A DNA stretch of 64,000 nucleotides, taken from the NCBI RefSeq assembly GCF_008831285.2, contig NC_045138.2, positions 21,638,001 to 21,702,000 on the forward strand, in the 5' to 3' direction. The position numbers and the translations under genes were made by a program. The notes beneath the pieces were generated by a model that saw only the letters and a program-made list of their open reading frames with translations, was not told the DNA's origin and searched no databases. Source of the stretch: Nymphaea colorata (Eukaryota). Below are positions 38,137 to 50,100 of this stretch, one piece after another. Numbering within the stretch: position 1 is the stretch's first letter; the number at the start of each line of letters is the position of its first letter.

Positions 38137-40147
38137 TCAAGGGCACTTGGGCTGGTTGCCGTGAGTCTTGAGGCTGGCATAACAAGGGCAAACATTCTTG
38201 TGGCCGTAGGTGCCGGGCGGCACACAATTGCACCTCATGCAGCATGTTCCGCAGGCTCTAGTGCACACGTTCTTCCTTGATGCCTCCCTACATCTCCTTG
38301 CACATGCAAAGTTGCAATCTGACCACCCACATGCCAAACAGACCCTAGTTATAAGTGGAGTCAGAAAATTTTTGGCTGAGGGGCACTAATCGATCTCTCA
38401 CTTAAGAGAACGAGTGATTGCAGGGCACTGACTCAAGTTTACTGTGGGCACCACATGCAATTGGACCTAGCTGAACCTAAGTCGAGCTTAATCACAATGC
38501 AAGATTTCAAGAGTTGGCATGGGCAGTCAGTCACACAGTAGCTCTGCTACTGTAAATAACCAAATGACTAAATGTGTACACGTACAAATATGTGATAACT
38601 AGTTTATGACGGTGGCAAAGCCATAAAAATTTATATGGGGAACTTGTTCACAAATTTCGGTATTGGAAGGGGCACTCATATATACAACAGGGTAAATATA
38701 TATGGGCCGGAGCTAATATATGGCTGATTCTTCTCGAAGCTTATTTGTGCCTTTTGATGAAGGAATTAGGATTAAAAGGTTTTTCTTTTAAATTTTATTT
38801 TTCCATGCTTAAGAGGTAACTATGTGAGAGCGCTTGGAAAAATATTATATGAGTGTTGCATGAATCTGCCCTAAAAAATTGGAGTTAAGATGGACTAACG
38901 GTACACTGTAACACAGGGGCAGAGCCAAAATGTCATCTTTAAGGGGAGCAGACAATCCTGCAACCACTAAATAAGATTTTTTGAAAATTTTTAATAGGGG
39001 CCAACTCTTATTTTTTTTCAAAAGTTTTATAGGACCCAACTAAAATTTTTGCATAGAGGGTTCCAGCCCCTATTGGCCCATCATTACATCTGCCCCTTTT
39101 ATAACTTAATGTTTCGTAAATCTACTCCAATCTTTAGGTAGATTGTTAGAATACTGAGAGTATGTTCTTATTTCCAACCGCCCTTACATATAACCAGTTA
39201 AACTAACATGATCAATTAGTTTCTCATGACGTTGCAGCAAGAGTTTTAGGTTGACCATATACTAAAAGGGATGCAGACTTGCATAAAAGAAGAAATTTTA
39301 AAAGCTATTAGTTATTTCCTCAAGGGGCATGGTGTAGCTGGTCTGACCAGCACATAACTAAATATAAAATATTAAAAGCTATTATATATGCATATTATAG
39401 GTTTTTCTCCGAATTAGTTCTTTCAAGTTACTTGCTCCTTTCTATTTCTGCAGGGAATTTTATAGTTACTATGCATGGCAAGTTTGTTTCAATCTCAAAA
39501 AAGAATATATATGGGGTTGGAAAGACAACATTGGTATGGATGCAGGTGCCACTGAACTTTTTTGTGATGAAAAAGACATAAGAAAAGGAAATTATTATTT
39601 ATTGGTGTTGAAACCTATGCCCATTTGTAATGCTGTTCCCTACATTAGGCCAAGAAAAAATTTCTATTTTGTTGCTGGAAGAATGACTATTTTGACAGAA
39701 AGATTAACTGTATGAAGCGAGTCAACGAGTCTAGGGAGTCTCTTGTTCTCAAAAACCAGTGGGAAAATGCTAATCCGATTGGAAAAGTGGAGGGGCTTTG
39801 GACGACACATTGAAAAGAAAAAAACTATTGGTTTCGCGAAATTAGCCAGGTTAAAAGCCTAGTTTCAAACCTTGGTTTGCATGTGTTTGAATGACAAAAT
39901 AAATTATAGGTTTGTCGACAAAAAATCAGTTTTGCTTAAAAAACTTAAAGAAAGCAGGTCTTTCAAGTTCTTTATGAAAATAAGGTTTTATCTTGGCAAA
40001 ACCAAATTTTGATGTCTACTTCAAAACCAGGTTTTGGTTTTGATTTTGAAACCAGTTTTTTAGAATATTTGGGTGCCATCAGACTGAGTTTAAGGAAAAC
40101 CCAATTTTGAACGAAAGATATTGGCTCTTCGATTGAAAACTCTCTGT

Positions 40148-40193
<46 letters not shown>

Positions 40194-40646
40194 AGAATAC
40201 AAGATGCAAAATACAACAGAATCTGACGGCAGTTCACAGATACGTACTTATCTTATGTCGATGAACCTTCTTATACAGCGCCCCTTCTTGTTCATTCCCG
40301 TGCCCCTAAAATATACAGGACATCTATAAGCCAAGAAACGCCATTTTTATATACAATGTACACGAGAATACACTGGCACGTACCAGCTGCTTTCCCGTGG
40401 CATGCTGCTGAGACACATCTGCAAACGCCTGCAATTTTCAAGTTTTTTTCCATATACATTAGAAGCGTGACGACTGGGAACTAACACACTAAACGGGTAG
40501 AATTGTGCTGCTGCTGCTGCAGCCATATCTCCTTGTTGGAAAGTTAGTGAAACCATTCTTAATTGTAAACACAAGTGAAATTAATGTACCTGCAGAAGAA
40601 GGAGAGTGAGGAAGAGAAGAGCACAGAGGCGTCTGCAAGAAGACAT
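38137..40646 (-). CDS. GASA/snakin gibberellin-regulated cysteine-rich secreted peptide, 113 aa, 4 exons
   Basis: Exons (-) 40646-40590, 40428-40384, 40305-40248 and 38318-38137, all GT-AG and in frame: MSSCRRLCALLFLTLLLLQ|AFADVSQQHATGKQL|GHGNEQEGALYKKVHRHKI|NCNFACARRCREASRKNVCTRACGTCCMRCNCVPPGTYGHKNVCPCYASLKTHGNQPKCP*. Signal-peptide-like N-terminus and a 12-Cys GASA domain ending in KCP. Confidence 0.95.
38914..39098. mobile_element. hAT-type MITE inside GASA intron 3
   Basis: Ends CAGGGGCAGAG / TCTGCCCCT. Confidence 0.6.
40149..40189. repeat. (AG)n microsatellite in GASA intron 3
   Basis: Directly visible. Confidence 0.97.
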
Positions 40647-40692
40647 GTCTGCAGAGCTGGTAGAGTGGAGATGCAGAGAGACGTAATGCCAC

Positions 40693-40700
40693 TATAAATA
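40693..40700 (-). promoter_or_regulatory. TATA-like box (TATTTATA) of the GASA gene
   Basis: About 50 bp upstream of the GASA ATG on the - strand. Confidence 0.55.
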
Positions 40701-43700
40701 GAAACTATGAGGGAAGTCCCCACACCAGGATAGTGTTTGCTCCAGGATCTTGTGGTTCACATGGAGGTGACCATGCCAGACGTGTCGTATGCATGTACTA
40801 TGGCATCTTCTTTATCACTCACTCTCTCTCTCTCTCTACCAGATGGATAATGTGCATGTCATAATCAAATAAACATCATTATGCACCATACTGCTGGGAA
40901 CAATGGCGGTTCTGATACATCCTCCACTGATGGCAGTCACTAACATCATAAATTGCTGTCTTTGTTTTCATGGTAGTCGTCATTATCATGTGTACCCATT
41001 AGATTGCATGTTTCTATCACAAGGATATGAGTCTTAAAGAAACATTCAAATGTATATGTCATGGAAATCAATTGCTCCAGACCCATTTGCAATCCTGTGC
41101 CTAAATCTAACTGGCTTCTCTGCCTTTTATTCAGTTCACTAATTATTTGGGAAGCAGAACCAAAGATAGTAAATTAAGATGATCAGTATATATGCAGATT
41201 TTAAGTCTACTAAGGATCAGGGAGATCTGTTTGAGAAGATTCATTAACGTAACAGAAAATGTACCGTGACTATCCAGAGTGATGCACGCGCCATCGTCAC
41301 CTAGAGCATCCTCTGCTTGATCATGGCTGTCTTTCATATCTTCGTTCCGGTGATCATCATCGCCACTACCATCATCATCATCGTGATCATCATGAACGAC
41401 AGCATCAGAATTACTGCCAGAGAGGCAGTGCCTGTCATGGGTAGTGCCCAATCGCATACAAGTTGCACCGGTAGAAGACAAAGTTTGTTTTCCGAACAAG
41501 GACGAGGCGCTGATGGTGTCCACTTCAAGGGAATCACCTAAAAATATCATAGAGATACCACTTTCACCGGCCCGCAAAGAAAGGAAAAAAAAAAAAGAAG
41601 AGTTTTTCTCTCACAAATCCCTTTTTGTGTTGCAAGATTTCCCCAAATCATCTTTTCGTTTTGGCGTTTATCAAATCTATGGTCATCGTTTTTTTTAACT
41701 TTAGTCTCTAACCATACTCCGCGGGGTCACCATTAATAAAATAACAAAGGCTGGTAGACAACTTGGGCAGCTTGATGAGCAAGATGGCATTGTTGCACTC
41801 GATTAAAAGAAGATGCTTCTCGCTCTCCCTCTCTCTTTCTCTCACCTGAAATCTTTATACAAAGTATATTAATAGGCCCCCATGGCCCATGTTCGGGAGT
41901 CCTGGGACCAACCTGGAATACCATACAGCATTTAACTGCGATCCCACAATTTTATGAGAATCGAACCAGTGACATGTTTTTTATGCAATCGTTCGCCCAT
42001 CCAACTATGCTATGCTCGTTACCTCCTTTAGCGTGGAATAAACATTTAGTAGTTTTATTTCTTTATTAAAGAGAAAAGTGCACCAGCACACACCCATAAT
42101 TCAGATCCTGCTAATTTGTCAAGAGGCAGAACCACATGTTGGCTTGTGCAGGGGTTGCCGACACATTCTCATGTGATCAACTTATTTACATATCACAAGC
42201 CTTGTCTATTGCTTATTATATATATAAGTACCACTCAACTATTTGCTCATTTATATATGGTGCCGAACTTCGATCATTTTACCATGTACTTGAGGGTGTA
42301 AAATTTTTGGATCAGTGCCTTTTAGCCAAAATTTTTTGCATCCCCAACTGTAAAGGGGGAAAAAACTCACTACCATGTGCACTCAAACCATTTACACCTC
42401 CAAGTACCTGCTGAGGGATCAGTCTGCTATTGTTTGATTTTTAGGGGCTGGAGTGGACAGTTCTGCCACTGGTTTGAAAAAAGCAGAAGAATAAGCTGGC
42501 AAAAACTTGTAGAGTTCAAACTTTATCTATCAAGGGAATGGCTACATCAGAAAGTAAAATGGACTTGCAGTGTCCATATTTGTGTGAGGCAGTTTTCCTT
42601 ATGTCAAATCCTAATTGTATGGTGTATTCAAGTTTCCATATCCTCCCCTTTATTGCCTTTTGGACACTATGCACTCCCAACCTCCCCTTTATTCCTTGCC
42701 TCCCCAACAGGGCAAGGAATAAAGGTGAACACAGCTGGGTCATGGGGCCCAAACTTTAAAGGCTATCTCTCTCATGGATCCCAACTGCGCCAGCTTGCTG
42801 CCATTTAAGGACACTGCTTGTTTCTTTAACCTTCTAAACTAAAACAGGTCAGTACTCACGTTAATTAGCTTCAAGTCCTGTGGAATGCAGTTCTCACTTC
42901 GTTATGGTGCTGCACCTTTGTATGTTTTTTTTAAAGGAAGTTTGCTTTAGAAGCATTATGTCACCTGCTTATTTTTAGGATCCCAGTATGGCATCAGATT
43001 GGTTTTGGGCAATGGAAATGCTTGCTTTTTTGATGTATCTGCCAAAAAGGAAACCATAAAGCTAAACTTAATACTTTCTGGACTCCCCATTTTTATTTAC
43101 ATTACTTGTTTCCAGTATTTATTATTTGTTAAAGCAACCAAAGCTCATATTAAGTTTTTTTTTTTTTTTTGGTTTGATGACTCCATTAAAGCTGGGCTCG
43201 GGTCAGAAGGCATTGCAGCCAGCTCACCCAGTGCTGGTGTAAAGAGGTTAGATTCCACCCCTAGGGTTCGTTCCTGTTTTGAATGCTCAGTGCCCATAGG
43301 AATCAGACTAACTTATTAACCAGCCAAGCTGGTTATAATATGCACTGCTAGCTCAGTATATTGTGCATTAGGTGGTATAATGACCGAAATATCCCCAGTC
43401 AGTGAAAAGAAGAGACACCCATACAAGGACAAAAAGGGTAATGAAAAAGTTAAAAGTCTAAAAAAAAATTTCTTAAAAAATGCCTAAAATACCCCCACGT
43501 TCCCTTTTTTTTGGGGTGCATGTCTGTTTCGTATGCCGCCATGGTGCACGCAACTCAGTCTCATTAACGAGGCAGTTGGGTTCACCAGCTTTGCATGTGG
43601 CTTCATCCCTAGGGCTAAGACTTGATCAAAGGTACAAGTTTAAGGAAGAATAATATAGCTATGTTGCTCTTTTCTGTTCTTTCTATCGCTGTTTCTCAGA

Positions 43701-45491
43701 ACCAATTTCATGAAATTCAAAATTCCGAGGTAAAAGTTTATGCAAGTTACAAAATCTCTACAGTAAAAGAAGCTGATCGATTCCACAGATCCAAAAAATG
43801 TATGCAATTGCCAAAAAACCGGAAGAAGGCCTCCTTGGGCTTGAAGGCTTAAAGTCCAACCAGTAGTGGAGGTGAACAGAGCGCTTGTTTCCTTCGTCTG
43901 TCTTCTTCTCTGCAACGACGGTCGTCGCAGCTTCTATCGGCTTGGTAAGTTCCAAACAAACAACTGGCTGGTCCCACAGAAGCTGTTCCTTCGCTGGCTA
44001 TCTGGACAGGCCCACCCCACCAACCTACCACCATCGCCACTCATGGCTGGCTAGATAGCAGCTAATATGGCTTCCGCCAGTAAGATACATTAGAAGGACG
44101 ACAGCGAGAACGGGACTGCGGAAGCAACTGCATTCATTTTCCGATCTTTCTTCCATCACGATCGATATCTGTAGACGACATTTCCCTTCAGCAGTAGTCT
44201 GAACAGATGTACTTGTTTATCTTGGGATGAAGGAAACATTGTGAAGAAAAGAAATCTGTGATGCTAGTTATATAACTAATGGTGAAGAAAAGAAATCTGT
44301 AATGTATTTAACAAAATGGGAACAGCTCATACTATTTTTTTTTTTTTTAATAATGCCTATACCTGGATATGAATAACCTTCTTAGTTTTTCATGACAAAG
44401 AAGAATATTCCCACCGTGACGAATTTGGTTATATGCGTCACAGTGGTGCACGAAAATAAATACCCATGTTCATACTTTAAAAAAAAAAACTATTTGTAAA
44501 GATAAAAAATAAAAACAAAACTCTTTGTAAAGATAAAAGATGAAAATGTAAAACAAGTAAAAAAAAAAACATTTTTTAAAGTACAAATATACCCATTACT
44601 ACTTTATTGTGTACCGTGCGAAACGGCCACTAAAGCTTTTCTCTCCCGTCCTCCTTGTGATCCAGAGCTACATCCCTGCTAAGTAGTGAAATAAGTGGTG
44701 AGATAAGAGTATGCTATAGGAGCATAGAGATCTCTACGTGCTTAACAACCTTCTTCATTTAAAAAATGATATGTATGCATACCAATATTAATAGTTAGAT
44801 ATAGAAAATATCAACGACTTCACAAGACAGGACCAAATTTGGATGGAAGAACCGAGACATGCCTAAGCTTTGATTCTTTCCTTCAACGGCGCGCCGAAAT
44901 TACATGGACAACAAGTAGATAAATAAAAGAAATCAAAATTTAAAGTTTGTTTTTATTATTTTATGAAAACTTGCGCTTTTTGAAAAAGAAAAGTGATAGG
45001 ATGTACAAAAACATAGGCCAGCTTCTTTATAATGTTGATTCATGTTAAAGCTCATTTTGTTAGAGGCCCTAGCGAAAAATAAACGTGTATATATATATAT
45101 ATATATATATCATTTTTGAGATGGCAGACTTCAAAATTTCACGAAAACCTCAGTTGATTTTTTTAACAGTAAAAAAAAGGAGTTCATAGAAAATAAAATG
45201 TGAAAATATTTAGTAAATTATAAAAAGTAAAAAGCACGAAAAAACATGAAAAAAATTAGGAAAACCTAAAAAATATTTTTTCTTTTCATTTTGAAGCTTT
45301 TTTCGAAAACACATGTTTTCCCCCTTTTTTTGGATGACTTCTTTCTATTATTTTTTATGCTTAGTTCCAAAGAAACGTGTTTCTTGTGACACTGCTCTAT
45401 GGACACTGCATGGTACTTTTGCTTCCTAACTATTCAGGGGCAGGGCCAGCCAAATGCAATGCATCGGTTAGTTTGCCCGAGGATGACAGCG

Positions 45492-45495
<4 letters not shown>

Positions 45496-45589
<94 letters not shown>
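45496..45589. repeat. Long compound (AT)n(AG)n microsatellite
   Basis: Directly visible. Confidence 0.98.
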
Positions 45590-46709
45590 CTCAATGTTGT
45601 CATGTGTCGGATAATTGCCGGACGGCTAAAGTTTAAAATTTGATGCTAAAAAAACTATAAGTTGCTGCCAAAACCACTATAAACCATTGCTACATGACTA
45701 ATATCAATTTAGTAACTGTTTTTAGTGACATATTTTTAAATTTTGGCAACATTTCAAAATAACGTATATATTAGGGAGCGGATTTGTTACCTGATGTTGG
45801 AGGCTATTGTTGGATGGTTAAAAATAAAAATTTACTGCAACATATGCCATCAATGTTATTAAATATCATGAACTGCTGTCGCATGTATTATAAACCCTTG
45901 ATACATATTACATACATTGGGGAGTTTAAATTTATTGGATGTTATCGTATGGTTAAAACTTAAAAATCTATCACTGAAAAAAAAAAGGTACCCACGAAGG
46001 GATAATGAGTAATAGTTTATAATGCCAATGGATGTTTAATTTTTAACTATTCAGTAACATGCGAAATCCGACAGATTTGAACCTTCTTCTTCCTCCTCCT
46101 TTTTATCCAGTTTGTGATGTATTTAACGACTAATTTTTAGGCCTTGTTTCGTAAACCTTTTTCTTTTGAAAACCTTGTTTTAGTGTCTGGATAGCATAAC
46201 AAAAACCATGTTTTCTTTCTTTAGGTTTGGATGACCAAAAATTGGTTTTTGGAAACAAACTTCAGCTGAATGGTAGTTGTGAAACAGTAATTCTAAATTA
46301 TAACTGCAAGGCTAATGGAAACTATCCTCATATAGTTAATCACAACTAACAAATAAGTAATCAAGGCCAATGACAAACAGTTCTCTTCGAAGGTGCCCTT
46401 TAGTACTTGGTAGGTTTCTAATCACGACTAATAAACAGGTAATTGAATCACATGTAGCTCAATTCATGGTGATTGAAGGTTCTTTGGTCTGAGTTGTTAA
46501 CACAGTTATGCCCCTGTATATGTTTGTAGTACTTATTATCCTTGTTTGCACTACTTATTGTCCTTATCTCTGGTATATGTTCTATTCTTTAAAGCACTAA
46601 AATATAGTTAATTCTTGATTTTAGTATTAAAAAACAATCATATGTGACTTTGTATTTTCAATGGCAATGCTATATATATGCTTCACACCACATGAAGAAA
46701 CGTCAAAAA

Positions 46710-47130
46710 TGTTGGTTTCTATGCAGCGGAATGGTGTCTGGCATCTGCTGATCGACTCTCTTCTTTGCAGCAGGTTCAATACCAGCAGCGTGTCAACCAT
46801 AGCCTCTTTGGGGTTACAAGAGGCAGCACTTGTGAACAAATAGAGAGGAAGAGGAAGAAGACATAAACAGAAGCATGTTCACGGGTTTGCTTCTAGGAGG
46901 CGCAGGCTTGGCTAATCTTACGATTAATCCTAAGCAAAGGATAAGCTGAGCTATTATAGACCGCCTCGTAGGCTTTCAATGCCCAGCAACCGACGGTTAC
47001 AGCCAAAAACATTAATTTTCTCAATTAATGGACAGTTTTCTTATTTAATCTTGTAACTGCAAGTGGGCCCTCTTGCAGTTACAAGATGTAGAGATTGAGT
47101 TCAGGGCCACTATCCAACATCTCCCACTTG
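46710..47130 (-). mobile_element. 3' LTR (410 bp, 46710-47119) and polypurine tract of a Copia-type element on the - strand
   Basis: On the - strand, PPT-like CAAGTGGGAGA (47130-47120) abuts TGTTGG (47119) and the repeat ends in CCAACA (46715-46710), giving a 6-bp terminal inverted repeat with TG...CA. Internal TATAAT at about 46953-46958 (-). Confidence 0.75.
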
Positions 47131-50100
47131 GCCATGAGTTCGTCACATTGCATCCACTATTTGTCAGTTTCCTTAATCTTTAGTTACGAAGTTTTTCATA
47201 ATTGGTTTGTCCATCGTAACTTGAATTTTTGTTCAAGGATTGTAGCGAGGTTTTCCTTTCAACGGTTTTCCAACGCAACCTTTTAAGTAGTCAATATATT
47301 TCACATTAGTTATAAGGTTTTCTTCATGCACAAGTATTTCTATCGTAACATGTTAAAACTTAGTCTCATGTGGACCACAAGCTTTACATAAAAAAAATCA
47401 AGAATCCTCTTGATAATGATGCTAGCAATCATGTAAGCATTTGAAACATACATGCATATTCTCTTCTTGTGCAACAATGAAATCAACCTGGACCACTTCA
47501 CAAAGAGGCAAACCACGATTTTCTTAGCCTCATACGGGCTACATGCTTAACAAATAAATCATTAGAAATTAATTTTGTTAAAAATGATAGCAATCATATG
47601 AATATATTTTTTGTTTCATATATATGAAAAATATTTAATTGCCATAAAACATGGCCAATCTATACTTTCTTAATGTATACTGACAAGCCAAATTAAGAGC
47701 TTGTATCAAGTCCAACACACAAACTAATATACATTAAAAGCACATGGTATATTTTCCTTTTATTATTTTTCACAATTACTCAACTCCTTTAATAACAGGA
47801 GTTCCAAAGCATTCATGCAATACATTACCATATGACAAAACAATATTAACTTTTCAACATAGCAAAGGGCATATTCAAGTGTGCTCCCACTTATCAAATA
47901 TTTACATAGTCATCAACTTGATTAGCAACGCCTAATCTTGATTATGACTATTTAACAAAATAAACAATTAACTCATAGTATATCATACAAGCACTTTTCA
48001 TCTTGTATAGTTTTCATCAATATACTCTCTCATGGAAGGAATTTCATTTAACTCATCAAGGTCAATACATAGCTCTTCCAATAAATGCATGCATCAATAA
48101 ATCAAATATCTCATTTCAAGTATTCTACAAGATGATCATTGAGATCACTAATAAGCTTCTACTGGTTCATTACCAAACTAATTCTTAGTCGGTTCATTAC
48201 CTGACCGTTTATTAGCATATTCAATCGATCAAACTTGATCATCAAATGAATAGATGGTTCTTGTGCATGCAACAATGATTTAAATATGACCATGAAGCTC
48301 TTGACCTTCGTGACTATTGTCAATGTCTGAAGAATAAAAGAATTTGGACTCAGTTGGTTAGTTTCCTAACTGATCCATAAATTAATCCATAAGGTGATCA
48401 ATGAACTCATTACCCAGTCGGTTCATTACCTGACTGATCCTCAGACGAATCTTGCACAGTTGGTTCATTACCAAATAGTTTTCATCAATATACTCTCTCA
48501 TGGAAGGAATTTCATTTAACTCATCAAGGTCAATACATAGCTCAACCAATAAATGCATGCATCAATAAATCAACTATCTCATTTCAAGTATTCCACAAGA
48601 TGATAATTGAGATCACTAATAAGCTTCAACTGGTTCATTACCAAACTAATTCTTAGTCGGTTCATTACCTGACCATTTATTAGCATATTCAATCGATCAA
48701 ACTTGATCATCAAATGAATAGATGGTTCTTGTGCATGCAACAATGATTCAAATATGACCATGAAGCTCTTGACCTTTGATAAAAGAATTTGGACTCAGTT
48801 GGTTATTTTCCTAACTGATCCATAAATTAATCCATAAGGTGATCAATGAACTCATTACCCAGTCGATTCATTAGTTGGTTCATTACCAGACTGATCCACT
48901 GAATAAATTAGATCATCCAGTAGATCGATATGATCTCCCTCTAGATCATTGTCTTTGGTATTATTATTTGAACACCTCAATTTCATGCATAAAAACATTA
49001 TATACCCTACCTTTATTTGGGTATCCAATACATATGTATTTGCAAACATATTATTTAATTTTTAAATCTACATTTGACATGCATTCTTATGTCCATTCAT
49101 TACCAGACTATTCCTCAGACAATTCATGCTCAGTTGGTTTCTTGCCAAACTGATCTCTAGTTGGTTCATTACCAGGCTGATCCTCTAAATAAATTAGATC
49201 ATCCAGTAGATCGATATGATCTCCCTCTAGGTTATTGTCTTTGGTATTATTATTTGAACACCTCAATCTCATGCATAAAAGCATTATATACCCTACCTTT
49301 ATTTGGGTATCCAATACATATGTATTTGCAAACATATTATTTAATTTTTAAATCTGCATTTGACATGTATTCTTATATCCAAAGATTTCAATATGGATCT
49401 AATTAGTGTGCACTTCACGATATTTATGAGTGTTATAATACACCTCATGGCAAATGTTAAAATCAAATTTATTCTAAAGAAGAACTTGCTTAGTAGCATG
49501 ATAACATAGTTCGATCCACAAATGAACAAATAACATAATATGCTTGGATCTAATATAAATAGGATATGGATGTTTAACTGTATATCTATATATATATATA
49601 TTCAAATCTGAATCAAAGCTGTATGTAAGGTGGATTTCAAGCAATAAATAGATCCAGTTCCAAAAGCCGCATGAATATAGAGATTCAGATTATATTAGCA
49701 TAGATCCAAACTAATAATATTAACAATACCACTAAAATGAATTTAAAACACATGATCCTCATTGAAATATTATACAATACGATTCAACAACCATATTTGG
49801 ATCATTGCTAACACATCTCTCTTTTGAGAAAAAAACAAGTTATCATGTACTAGCACTTTAGTGCTATAACGCTTCAAATAAACACATTCTTACTAATAAG
49901 AATTTTGGTCCAAGAGTGTTTCATTACATCTGTTGAACATGAATTAAGAAACAAATTCATTTTCTTAAGAAATAGAAGCAAATGAAGCTTTATTCAATAA
50001 TTCTCCAGAATAACCTTTGAATCTAGAATGATTAAACATGATAACATTTATTGAAACCAAACAAACAGGATAGGAATTTTTCCACATATTCAAACAAGTC

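Noticed and set aside
39323..39355. tRNA/SINE A-box-like TGGTGTAGCTGG (and a lone B-box GTTCAAATCC near 16494)
   Set aside because: No paired A and B boxes and no cloverleaf; at most SINE debris.
41416..41433. miR408-complementary-like GCCAGAGAGGCAGTGCCT
   Set aside because: Only 11 contiguous matches and needs a 3-nt gap; no precursor hairpin; likely chance.
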